A stretch of 63,990 nt of DNA, counting the filler, from Hyphochytrium catenoides (taxonomy: Eukaryota; Protista; Hyphochytriomycota), in NCBI GenBank assembly GCA_900088475.1. It is 14 parts of 14 records of this genome, joined end to end, with 100 filler letters (N's around TTAATTAATTAA, not from the genome) between each part and the next. Parts side by side here need not be neighbours in the genome. Positions count along the whole stretch, not along the records: positions 1 to 4,730 come from FLMG01000945.1; positions 4,831 to 9,402 come from FLMG01004131.1; positions 9,503 to 20,179 come from FLMG01000853.1; 11 more parts are not named here. The stretch is one strand, 5' to 3'. Below are positions 1 to 11,865 of the stretch, piece by piece. Made by a program: the position numbers and the translations under genes. How positions within the stretch are numbered: position 1 is the first letter of the stretch; each line of letters opens with the position of its first letter. The notes beneath the pieces were generated by a model. It ran no database searches and was not told the origin of the DNA. It saw only the letters and a program-made list of their open reading frames with translations.

Positions 1-2848
1 CGACTCGTATACAAAGTATATGAAAGGAGTCGTCAGAGAGAAGCAAAAGAACCAGAGAAAGGGGCTCAGAGTGGCCTTCAGGTGAGAGAGGGAGAGCGAA
101 GAGCACTGATTGGATCGGAAGAGAGAAAGAGTCCGCAGAAGGAGAAGGAGAGAAAGACACAGAGGGAGAGAGAAAACGATAAGAGCAAATTGCGTTTATC
201 CGGTCTCTCTAACCAACCCTCTCCCACTCCTTTTGTCTCTTCCCTTTCGTTCCTTGCTCGCTCACTCTTGTTGCTCTTCTGCGCGTCTCCTCCTCTCCCC
301 TCTCTCTTATTTTCTCTCTTCTCTCTTCATCCTTTGACATCTCTGTCTACAGACTCCTCGCAGGAGAAGGGCGAGACTCGCTCACCGTCTACGACTGTTG
401 GGACTTCTTTGCGGAGATGGGGAAGAACTATAACTTCTCTCACGTGTCTCGTGACACTGTGGAGCTTGTCTTCAAGGCGCTGGACGATAATGGAGATGAG
501 CAAGTGGCTTTCAATGAGTTCCGAGACCTTGTGGATGTGCTGCACTATCGCTTCAACAGAATAGAGAAGAGAAGCTTCGTAGAGGTGAGCGGCGGAGAAG
601 CCCGTTTGAGGGAGTAGAGGAGGCAAGTGGGCAAGTGGGCGAAGGAATGTTGTTGCTTGTGATGACACAAAGAGAAGAGAGAGAGAGCGCGAGGTAGAGA
701 GTGAAAGAGGCTAAGGAGAGATGAGCCGAGGAACGAGAGCGAGTAAGAAAGGGCGATATAGGAGGGGAAGTACATACAACATACAAGAAGTGAGGCAGCA
801 AAGGAACGGCTTTGCTGAGTAACGAATCCCTCCCTCTCTCTCTCTCTCCCTTTTCTCTCTCTCTCTCTCTCTCCCTCTCTCTGTCTCACTCCCTCTCTCT
901 CTCTCTCTTTCTCTCCCTCTTCCTCTCTCTCTCTTTTTCTCTTTCTCTCTTCCTCTCTCGTTTCTCTCTCTCTCTCCGCATGGGCTTTAGAGAAACTTCC
1001 CGACGGTCTTCCACTCTCCGTGGTATCAACAAGTGGCAGTTTTCGTCAAGTCTAAATGGTTCGACAGGATCGTGGTAAGCTTTTCCCTCTTTCTGCTGAG
1101 TATCTTTTCCTGTCTCCTCGTGGGTCGTGGAGGTTCTTCATTCTCCACCTGCACACGAGAAGTATCTCCACTTCCTTGCGTTACGCTGTCTTTTCTCTCG
1201 ACATTTTGTCTCTTTCAGTCCGTCCCTTCTCCACTCCTCGCGGGACCCCTCCGGATCTGGCTTTCTCTCTCTCTCTCTCTTTCACAATCTCCCTCTCTTT
1301 CTCTCTCTCTCTCTTTCTCTCTTCTCTTTCCTTTTCTCTTCTTCAATGGCCTATCTTGGGGTAACCTTCTCTTGCATTATTCTCCTTTCTGGACCGTCCT
1401 CTGCATATCCTCCGCACTTAAAATGCTCTCGTTGTCTCTCTGTCTCTCTCTCTCCGTCATGATGCGCACAGGACGTGGTGCTAGTCCTGAATGCTCTCTT
1501 CGTTGTCTACGAGACACACTTGGACTTGGACGGCAAGGAGATGAAGCCGCCGAAGGAAGCGGAGGAAGAAGCTTTCAAGCAGGGCGTCACGGTTCTCTTC
1601 GCCGTCTTTTACTTCGTGGAGATGGCGCTGAAGCTGCTGGTCCACTCCTGGGACACCTACTGGTCAAGGAAGCAGCATCGGTGAGCAGGAGGACAAGCCT
1701 TATACGTCTCTTCCTCTCTCTCTCTCTCTCCCTTCATTCCTAAATCACATTTCTTCCAACCCTTATTCCCCTATAACTGCTATCTCTGTCACTCTCTCTC
1801 TCTTTAATCATTTTTCTTACCTTCTGCCTCTCTGATTCCCGCTTCCTCAGTTCATAATTTCTGTTTCTTTCCTCCCTTTTTTCAACTGTTTCTACTCTCT
1901 TCTACCTGTCCGTCTCTTCTCTTTCCGTGTCTCTTCCACTGTCTGTCTGTCTCCCTCGTACGTCTGCCCGGATTGTTCTCGCTGTAAGGCCAATTCTCAG
2001 CTCCTGGAGCTCTGCTGTCTCTTTCACCCTGAATCCAAACGTGACTCTAGTCTATTGACTTTCATTTTGTCTTTGGGCTTTGGCATCACCGCTGACTCTC
2101 ACTCTCTCTCTCTCTCTCTCTTGCACCCCGTCTCTCTCTCTCTTCCTACAGCGTGGACTTCCTTGCTACGTGGATTATTATCGTGGCCTGCGCCTTGATG
2201 ACGTTTGGACCTAACGGCCTTCCCTTTGAGATTCTCCGCTACTGCGTGATCGTCAGGCTTCTCCGTCTTCTTGCGATCCTGGCGGCGGTGGACAGGCTGC
2301 ACACTCTGACTGTTCTCTTCAAGATGATGCCCGCCTCTGTTCCTTACTTCACCATGCTCTTTCTCTCTCTCTACGTCTTCGCAGCGGGCGGTGTGCAGCT
2401 GTTTGGAGGGCTAATCTATGAAGGAATGTCGAGAGAAGACTCGAGAGTGAAGGAGTACTTTGACTATGAGTATCAGAACATCAACTTCAACGACATGACC
2501 GGAGCCATTGTGACGGTGTACCAGCTCTCTCTCTTAGGCTATTTCAGCGAGGTAGCCGACGCTTTCTCCGCTGTCACGTCCAACTATGCGCGCCTCTACT
2601 TCACGCTGTACTATGTCGTAGAGTACCTCGTCCTTGTCAACTTATTGGTAGCGTTTGTCATCGATGTGTTTCTGCACATCGTCACGGAGATGAAGAAAGA
2701 AGGCCAGCGATCGGACGAGGAGGAGGAGATGGAGCGGCGGTATGAAGGACTGGATGTGGACTGCGATAGGCGGCGCTGGTCGGACACGCGAGTGATTGAG
2801 AAGATGTTCCTCACCATTACCAATCTTGATGATGAAGGAGACGAGTAG
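1..2848 (+). CDS. TPC1: Two-pore cation channel, plant TPC1-like with EF-hand linker (5'-partial)
   Basis: GT-AG exons 1-81, 353-584, 991-1074, 1472-1680 and 2152-2848 splice in frame: DSYTKYMK..VAFRLL..LVFKALDDNGDEQVAFNEFRDL (EF-hand)..FVKSKWF..YETHLD..FYFVEMALKL..RVDFLATWII..LRYCVIVRLLRLL..GVQLFGGL..INFNDMTGAIVTVYQL..NLLVAFVIDVF. This is colinear with the linker and domain II of Arabidopsis TPC1. Confidence 0.93.
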
Positions 2849-3541
2849 AGAGAGAGAAAGTTAGGGCAAGAAAGCTGAGAGAGAGAGAGAGAGGAAGCCT
2901 CAAGTGCAGGGTGGAGAACGAGAGTAAGAGCGCTAGACATGCTCTTGAATGTAAAGCGAGTTTATTCAATGTACAGGCTTCCGCTCCACTCCGGACTTTT
3001 CTCCCTCTCTCTTTCTCTCTCTCTTTCTTTCTCTCTCACACTCTCTTTCTCGTATGTCTCTTCCCTAGTGGTTCTTCTCCTCTTTCCCTATCTCTCTCGC
3101 TAACGCTCTCCGTAGGGTTCTTTGTCCCTTTCGCTTACCGTTCGCTTCCCTTCCTCCTTGCCTGTCTTCCTTCCTCTTCGTCTTCTCTCACCGTCCCGAC
3201 TCTACCTCTATCGCATCTTTCCGCTCCTTCGTAGCCCAATCACGTCCTCGCAGGGAAGGGGTCCTGTCTTCTCTCCCCCGTCTTCCCTAGCTCAGTCCTT
3301 GCGCTGCCCATCCTCCTCTCTCTGTTCTGGGATCCTGCCTTGCTCGTCAGAGAGCCATCAGGAGACGTGTAGGAGGAACGAGGACCTCTTCCTCTCTCTC
3401 GCTTTTCTTCTCCTTATTGAGCAGGACATTCGGTCTTTTCCTTTTTTGGGGGGCTTTGTCTGGGTTCTTTGTAGGGAGGAGAGACCTCTCCTATAAATAT
3501 ATATAAGTGTGTGTGAATGGGGGAGAGTTTGTCTGCTGATC

Positions 3542-4578
3542 CTAGATCCGAAAGCAAGCGTTATCGATGTGATCCAGGGAAAACCTGCTTGCCACCTGCA
3601 CAGAGAGAAGAGGGAAAAAATAAAGAGGAGAGAGAGAGATGAGATGGAGAGAGAGTATTTGGAGAAGGTGGTGGGAATATGAGCGCATTGAAGAAAAGAC
3701 TTTTGACTCAACGGGAGGAGGAGGGGAGATGGCACCCAAAGCAGTCAGCAGCTCATGAAAGGAGTTATCAGCTTCTCAAGAGGAACGAAGAGGGAAGGCT
3801 GACAAATCCTCAACCTGTTGAAGGACGCGCTTCTTCCTTCCGCTGGTAGCGTTGTCACAGGCAAGGTCATAGAGGGTGCAGAGGTTGAACACCAGCATCT
3901 CCTGAAGGTGCTTGCGCGGGTCCCTCCGGATTGCGTCCTGTACGGGCCGACAAAAAGCATTGACGGGTGAGAGAGAGAGGCAGAGAGGGGGAAACAAGAA
4001 GAGAAAGCAGTACAAGGCCTTGCGCAAATTATGCCTTCTCTCTTTCTTTTTCTCTCACTCTCTCTCACTCTCCCACTTCCCTCTTGTCGTCTTCTCCCAG
4101 AAAACGAACGTAGTACCTACCTCAAGGGTAGCGACGGCTCTCTTAACGTCGCAACAATAGAGCGAGCAGATGGCAAAATTGTTGGCCGCGGCGCTCATCA
4201 GCTCCACGTCCACGGTAGAACCCGTGAAAAGATCGCTCTCAGCCGCGCTGGAGGGGATCCCGCGGTAAGGAAGATTATGAACGGAAAGAGGAAGAAGATG
4301 AGAGACAACTACGAAGTCAGTGATCGAGAGATGACGAGAGAAAAAGAAGGTCAAAGGGGAGAGAGGGTGTCATGGTACAGAAGACAAGGATTGCAACAGA
4401 GGGAGAGAGAGGGAGATAAGGGGAGAGATATAATGGGATTCCGCGAAATAGGCGAGAGGAGAGAGGGAGGAGAAAAGGTTGGAAAAGAAAGAGAGCGAGA
4501 GTATAAAAACTAGAGTTAGACTGCGGCTCACATGAGGTTATTGAATGTATACTCGAAGCATTCGAGCGCCGTACGGAA
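3542..4578 (-). CDS. TRAPPC12: Trafficking protein particle complex subunit 12 (TTC15), C-terminal exons
   Basis: Exons 4578-4532, 4247-4121, 3937-3815 and 3595-3542 give FRTALECFEYTF..ANNFAICSLYCCDVKRAVATLEDAIRRDPRKHLQEMLVFNLCTLYDL..RKKRVLQQVASRFSLDHIDNACFRI*. This matches the TRAPPC12 C-terminal TPR (NNxAxCxLY..LE..DP..E.xxFNLxTxYxL). Confidence 0.88.
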
Positions 4579-4730
4579 CTAGTGAGATAGAGAGAGAGAG
4601 TTCAGAAGTCTAGCTAAGTGTGTAGCTGAATGAATGTTTGGTCGGTATGTGTTTGTCTTATAAGATAGTGTTTGGAAGGGGTGGTGGAGAGCGAGGGAGG
4701 GAGGGAGAGAGAGAGAGAGAGAGAGAGAGA

Positions 4731-4830
4731 NNNNNNNNNNNNNNNNNNNNNNNNNNNNNNNNNNNNNNNNNNNNTTAATTAATTAANNNNNNNNNNNNNN
4801 NNNNNNNNNNNNNNNNNNNNNNNNNNNNNN
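4731..4830. other. Artificial contig-join spacer (N44-TTAATTAATTAA-N44), first of 13
   Basis: The same 12-mer, a stop in all six frames, sits inside N runs at 4775, 9447, 20224, 22693, 32999, 36621, 41023, 53317, 55356, 56683, 58075, 59882 and 62835. N runs without it (e.g. 10659, 32352, 35712, 45610, 50606, 51190) are intra-scaffold gaps. Confidence 0.98.
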
Positions 4831-6962
4831 GAGAGAGAGAGAGAGAGAGATCATGCCTGCAAGCAGACCCAACGAGCGGAGAACAAAACGAGAGCGAGAG
4901 CCCATGGGAGCGAGAGTGAGAGACAGAGAGAGAAGAGCACAAGAGAAAACTGGAGAGAGGAAAGAGGGAGGAGAGAGAGCGAAGAGAGGATTGCTGAGTG
5001 ATACAGCAGTAGAGCATGAGATAGAGACTAGAGTCCGCGCTGCAGATGGACCGCCGACACCGCGCCTACTACGCAGACTGCACAGTGGTGGCTGCAGCAG
5101 CGCTCACCTCGATAGCCTACTAAAGCACACCCGCAGTCGCTGATGGAGACTTGCACACCAAGCGCGTGATAGCCTGTCTTCTGGTGAGATGAAGGCCCTG
5201 GCATGACCAAAAAAGCAAGTGAAAGAGTCTGCTATTAGCCACCAGAGGGGCGGGAGACTAAGCAGATGATGCTGTCAGGAAAGTAAGGCGTCACTGACTT
5301 TGCTGCGTTGGAAGATGGCACCTGCAGCGGCAGTGGCCTGCAAGAAATAGCGAAGGACATGGCCGCTTGGAAGCACGATAGCTGAGGCATCTTGCCTCTG
5401 ATAGGCCACGCACCGCACCGCTGGTAGAAGAGAGACGCTCAAGGGGACCAGGAAGAAGGCAACAAGAACTCTTCCCACGCCCAAGAGGTGGACAGCAATC
5501 CGGCAATGGCCTCTTTACTAGTTAAGAAAATACTCATTGATCTCTTCTTCTTCCCTGTAGCACGATGAAAAAGAGTCATTCACAGACTCTAGCCATTCAT
5601 CCTCTTCTCTCCCCACTGCTGCTGCCGCTATCATCGTCCCTGCTACTCTTATTTGCTGTATGAGGAATCCACCGAGCGCCATCGCTCAGTCAGAAGTAGT
5701 GAGGGAATTTCTATCTACATGGCAGCTAAAGAAGAGGAAAGACATCCCGCTGGCCGCAATTATAAATGCCGTCCGGACCTTAGTTCCTGCTCTTGCAAGC
5801 GGTAACCTAGAGGAGCCAACAAAGACAAGAATGCTTAACATCGCCCTGCGGAGTATTCAGCTAGTATAGAAGGATTATGATTAACGACGGGAGCTTCTAG
5901 GCAGTAACATTCTTCATAGAGAGACAGTCACATCATCCCATGGCAAGATCTCTTCTCCTCCTTCTTAGGCTGCGGTACTATTGACCATTATGTATGACGC
6001 TCTTCCTCTTTCAGCCTCACTATTCCTCGGTCCTCATTGCCCGCGGACTCTCAGGCAGCTGTCTATTGCCAGGGGCTGTCGAATGCTAGCAGTGATCATC
6101 GTCGTCCTGGTGGTGGTAGGGCGACCACGAGTCAACCCCGCACAGCAGTGCAGTCATCTTCCATCTTCAAGGAATCAGTCAGGCGTGCCCCGACCCTGAG
6201 ATGGCGGAGCCTCCCCCGGCCCCTTCCTCCTGATGATGAGTTATAGCTCAGCAGTAGGAGAGAGAGAGAGACCTCTTCCCACCGGGGCGGCGGCCGCCGA
6301 TGAGCGGAGGAGGAGGAAGAACGCCGTCAGCAATAAGCATGACAAGCATTGAACAATAGCGCACTTTATAATGCGCACAAAGCGCGCTCATAACATCTCC
6401 AAACCCACCTGGAAAGGTCCCCAATAACAGATCCTCAAACCCTATAATAAGAAGCCAAAAGGCAAAGTGTTGTGCTTTACATACAGTGATCGAATGTCCA
6501 CCTTTGTGCGCTCCTAAAGCCTTTTCTAGATGACCATTTCTGCTCCTCCTCTCCTTGCTCTTAGGTCTCAGCGCTGCAGTCTCCGCCTTCCTCCTCTGTC
6601 TGTCTGTCTGGCATTCCCTTCCTTGACTCTCAGCCTGTCAGCGCACCGATCTGTCATCTCTCTCTCTCTTTCTCTCTGCTTCAGCGCACTGATCTCTCTT
6701 CAATCTCTCTCTGTCTCTCTCTCTCTCTCGCTCTCTGGTCACTGCACTGATCTCTCTTCGATCTGTCTCTCTGTGTGTGTGTCTCTCTCTCTCTCTCTCT
6801 CTGATTCAGCGCAGTGATCTCTCTTGGATCTCTCTATCTCTCTGTCTCTCTCTCTCTCTCTCTGGTCTCTGTCCTCTCTCACTCTGTCCTTTTCTCTCTC
6901 AGTCTCTCTTTGTGTCTCTTGGTTTCTTTCCTTTGCTCTTTGTCCGTCCTCTTTTCTCTCCA

Positions 6963-7342
6963 ATGGAGGGATTCCCTTACAGTCCCGTGGAGAGTTGTCC
7001 TGCCCTCTGCAAGGTGACGGACTTTCTCTACATTGGATCCCTCCAAGCCGCACAGGTAAAAGCAGCTGTCTCTCTCTCTCTCTCCCTCTCTCTCTCTCTC
7101 TTTTGCGCGCGCGCTCCCTCTCTCTCTCTCTCCCCTCCTCGCCTCTCTAAGTCTGTCTCTCCCTCTTTTTCTTTCTCTTTCTTTCTCCTTTCGATTTTTG
7201 TCCCTATCTCTCAGTCTCACTCGCACCTTCCTCTTTGGCCCTCAGGACGCACAAGCTCTGCGGGACAGCGGCATTAAAAGGATTGTGGCGCTGGGCACTG
7301 AGTGCTTCTTTCCTGAGGTAACGCGACAAAATCTCTCTTTCG

Positions 7343-7373
<31 letters not shown>

Positions 7374-7560
7374 TCTCTCTCTCTCTTTCTTTCTCTCTCT
7401 CTGGCTCTCTCAGGCATCTTCTTACTTTGAATCCTGTCTCGCCGTCTCTGTAGTTCCTCCCGATTCCTCTCTTTAAATCTCTTTACTGCCCACTACCCAC
7501 TCATGTTTGCCTGCTCTATGCCTTGTGCACTCTCCCTCTCTTTCTTTCTTTCTTTCTTTC

Positions 7561-7615
<55 letters not shown>

Positions 7616-8184
7616 TCTCTCTCTCGCTCTTTCTCTTTCTTTGATTTAGCACTTCTCCTATCTTGGGATTGATATCCTGGACCTCGAGACCTCGAACATT
7701 CTTCGCCACTTTGAAGAAGCTCTCAACTTTATCGAAAAAGGAAGAGAAGAGAAAGAGCCAGTGCTGGTACGGTCGGGGGAGGGAGAAGAGAGAGAATCAA
7801 GCGTTCGCAGAACGATAGCGTAAAGAAAGATACACAGAGAGGGGGCGTGTCTTTAGGGAGAGAGAGGAGAGACAGACAGACAGACAGACATGGAGCGAAG
7901 AGAGTGAGAAATAGAAGAGAGGAAATGACAGAGCTATGGAAGAAAGAGTAGATTCAAGTACAAGTAGAAGTCGAAGTAGCTCCCTCTATTTCTCTCTCTC
8001 TCTCTCTTTCTCACTCTCTCGGTTCTCTTCTTCTTTCTCCTCTCGCACTCATCTATCGTTGACTGGCTGTCTTCTGCCTTGCCCCTTTCTCTCTTGTCAT
8101 CGCCATCTCAGGTTCATTGCGTCTACGGACAGTCGCGCAGCGCCACCATCTGTGCAGGTGAGTGAGATAAGAAACATTTCTTCT

Positions 8185-8223
<39 letters not shown>

Positions 8224-8419
8224 CCTTGCGGCACTCTGTCTCCCTCTCCTTTACTAATCTCCCTCCTACGTAGTCGCATCTCCCTCGCTTGGGTCTCTCC
8301 TCGTGCCTTGCGACTCTTCTCTTGCTTTATTTTATGTTCCTCTACTATTGGTCTTATCTCTTTGCACTTTCTCCTTGTCAAGGCCTTATAATCATCCCTC
8401 CCTCTGCCAGGACTGACCG

Positions 8420-8457
<38 letters not shown>

Positions 8458-8961
8458 CGCTCGCTCTCTCTCTCTCTCCTCTCTCGCTCTCCCTCTCTCG
8501 CTCTTCTCTCTGCCTCTCTCTCTCTCTCCTCTCTCTGTCTCTCCCTTCCTCTCTCCCTCTATTTCCGTCTTGTTGTTATCCCTCTTTGCTAGCATTTCTG
8601 ATGCGTTCTCAGCGTTTCTCTTTCCTGCAGGCGTATGAGCTGTTGCACTCGGCGAGACCCTGTCTCCACATAAACAAAGGATTTGTTGAGCAGCTCCGGG
8701 TGTGGCGCCTTTACTCTCTCTGTCTTGCGCTCTCTTTCTTCTTTTTCCTTATGGCTTGGTCTCACGCAGTGTCTCTTTCTTCTCTCCCTTTGCCTTTCTC
8801 TGTTTCTTATCTCCAACTCTTCCTTCGATTTCTCTCTCTTTCGCCTCAGTCGACGTCTCTATCGTCTATCGCGATGCGAACCCCTTCTTACACGGATGAT
8901 TCCCTTCCTCTCTTATTGCTCTCTCCCTCCTCTTTCTTCCTCTCTCTTTCTTCTTCTCTCC

Positions 8962-8992
<31 letters not shown>

Positions 8993-9402
8993 CCTCCCTC
9001 TCTCCCTCCTCGCTCTCGCTCTGTCTCTCTCTCTCACTCTCTCTCTCTCTCTCTCGCACTCACTCTTTCCCTTCCGCGGGCTCTCTTCCTCTCTCTCCCT
9101 CTACTAGTTCTTCCAGGCCTTTCCCTTCCATAATCCTCAATCCCGTCTTAACGCTCTTCTCTGTCTCCCTCCCAGCTGTTTGACTCTATGGGCTGTAATA
9201 TCTCGGGTGATTCTCCTGCCCACGCAAGATTTCGCCTTCTTCAGCTCCTTAGCGGTCGGGGAGACACTGGAAAGATTCCTCTCGCCGTTTCTACTCTTTC
9301 TCTCCCTTCTCTCTCTCCCTCTCCGACTGTTCTCTCCTGCTCTCTCTCTGTCTCTCCTCCTTTGCGGTCCCTGGCGTATCACTGTGGAAAATGCCGCTTC
9401 CT
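6963..9402 (+). CDS. DUSP12: Dual-specificity phosphatase, DUSP12/Yvh1-like (3'-partial)
   Basis: Exons 6963-7055, 7246-7317, 7650-7766, 8112-8157, 8593-8699 and 9176-9402. Motifs: LYIGS, general-acid Asp in ILDLETSN, catalytic VHCVYGQSRS, INKGFVEQLRLFDSMG, then YHCGKCRF, the start of the Yvh1-type zinc-binding domain, cut by the contig end. Confidence 0.88.
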
Positions 9403-9605
9403 NNNNNNNNNNNNNNNNNNNNNNNNNNNNNNNNNNNNNNNNNNNNTTAATTAATTAANNNNNNNNNNNNNNNNNNNNNNNNNNNNNNNNNNNNNNNNNN
9501 NNCTCTACGCTACCTAACCCCTCTCGAGAGAAGCCTGACAAAGGGTAAAACCACCTTTTCCATCACCGTGTCTCCCATCATTCCTATCCCGTCAGCTCTA
9601 GACCG

Positions 9606-10864
9606 TTAAGTCGAGTTGAACTTCGTATCACCTCTACCACGACGTACGACCCCTCCGCCGCCACTATGTGAAGCAAGAATCCAAAAAATGAAGTTAGAGT
9701 TTAATGAGTGAGCAGTGTCACGATAAATGCTATCATACCGGCCCTGCTGCCTTCTTCGGTTGCCTTGACCGCCAGATGGTTCCTTGGATACCTCCTTTAG
9801 CGCACTGCCGAAAAGTCCTCGAGCGAACTTTGACTCCTCCCTTGCCGGATCAGCTAAAAAGTGATATGTAAGACACATAGTGCTATTGCCTATTGCCCAT
9901 TCGGCTGTTGCGGGTGACCGTGGAGAAGGAGTAGACCAACACAGAAAGACATAGAGAACATGGGTAACGCTGTTTTAATGACACCAAAGGGCCGCCGCCA
10001 GAAATCCTAATACGAGAGATATCAGAACGGCAAGACAGAGAAAAGCACTGCAGAGCGTAGAAGTAAGCATCTAGAAAATAAGAGGAGCCTACAATTGTCT
10101 CCTGCGCCCTCCATGGTGATCTGCATGGCCTGCCCATCAAGCGTTCTCCCTAAACAGTCGTTAGCTGCTGCAGGGCTCTCTTAAGCTGGCCAGAAGTACT
10201 GCATTCTTACCATTGAACTTCCTCAGCGCCTTCTCAGCGTCTGCTTTGGTAAAGTAAACAACCTCAGCTAGGCCCTATGTCGATCAAGTTAAAGATTTGT
10301 TGTGCAATAGGTCTACGTGATAGTCTCATTACCGTAGACCGGCCAGTCCGGTCAAACTTGATCTGGGCACTCTTCAGCTTGCCTACAGAGGAGAAGAGTT
10401 CCTAGGGCCGCCCATGTGTAAGATGAAAGGCGTAGGGTGGGGATCCCTAGATAGTCCCTACCTCCACCTCCTCGTTGATGATATTATAGTGAAGATTGGA
10501 CACCCGGAGCTTGGTGCCTAAGAGTTCCGGTGAGTTAGGGGGATGCCAAGGGTTTAAATTAAGGGTGAGCCTACCTTCCGAGTCCTTTCCGCCCAACCTT
10601 GACAATATGGAACCTTCATAAGCTTCACTTCAGTGCTTGTATGCGCGAGAGAAGAGGCNNNNNNNNNNNNNNNNNNNNNNNNNNNNNNNNNNNNNNNNNN
10701 NNNNNNNNNNNNNNNNNNNNNNNNNNNCCACCCGCTGCGGCTCTCTTGCCTCTGGGACCGCTGTTATCTGTTGAAGGTTTATTAGAACGAGGCTGTTGAG
10801 TCTTCTTTTTCTGGTTGATAATATCATCCAGACTCATGTCCAAGGAAGCTACGACATTCGACAT
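9606..10864 (-). CDS. ALYREF: mRNA export adaptor ALY/REF (THO complex subunit 4); 3' end approximate
   Basis: N-terminal LDMSLDDII motif. The RRM is spliced from short exons: GTKLRVSNLHYNIINEEVE|ELFSSVGKLKSAQIKFDRTGRST|GLAEVVYFTKADAEKALRKFN|GRTLDGQAMQI. Confidence 0.9.
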
Positions 10865-11865
10865 TGTTCTTCTAAAGCACGAAGGCGCGCCCTTTGAAAC
10901 ACTAGCTAAGCGGCGTGCTGAGTCTCTAACAAATGTGTTGGTTGCTTTGCAGCTCTTCAACGAGGATTCTGCGGGTAAGCGCGGTGGTCTCAATCTCAAG
11001 CTCTGATACAGAGCTTCTTTTCAGCAACCAGAGATTTTTCAAGACGAAGTTCGCTGAAGCTGTGGGGATATGGGGCGTTTGTAAATTAAGCTGGAGGTTG
11101 GAGGATTGTGTAAGATAGGTTAATTCTCACGATATTTGGCGGTAAAGAAACCCTCAAATCATTAGCACTCCAATCTGTCGGCGAAAATAGGGTTGCCATT
11201 TGCGAAATTACTGTGAAGATTAAACTGTGCCCGGCTCCTGCTTGAAGTCTATCTACCAGGAGCTCACAATACATAGAAAGACTACAGGCGTCATCGTCAT
11301 TATCCTACGGACTAGTAGCTATTATTGTTAGTGAACAAGGGAGACAATCTTGAGGAGTCAATCTTCTTGATTAAGGTAAATTGTTGATGATAGTACGCTT
11401 GAGATCTAAGGTTGAGAGAAGGAATAGCACCTACACTGGGAAGAGTGTGCAGAGCAGCTCAGTATGTGGAGATTTGGTACATTTATTGCTCTATCATAAT
11501 GAGATCACGTAAGATACAATTGCCCTACGAGGCTGTACAGTCCCCTCTTCTTGTCAAGAAGCAATGATAGTTCGATAAAGTTGGGTTCATTTTCTTCTTA
11601 ACGAGCAGAGTAAGAGCCACAAGAGAACCTCAGTATCATTTTATTTCCAGCTCCCACCGTGGTGCCTTCAACCACAAGGCTATCAGGAAGAAGAGGCTGG
11701 GGTTGGCAGGCCACGGCAGCGAGTCTTCCATATCTCGCCTTTTATACGTCATACTCTTGGCATGAGCCATCCTTCTGACTGACCTTGTCTGTGAATAAAG
11801 TTCAGCTGCAGGTACATCTTCGTCGCGCCGTAAAACGATCCTCCGCCAATCGGGCTTAAGCAAGC

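Noticed and set aside
11086-11800. Possible extra small gene between ALYREF and PEX22 (likewise 13000-13700)
   Set aside because: No consistent spliced frame or recognisable motif could be built.
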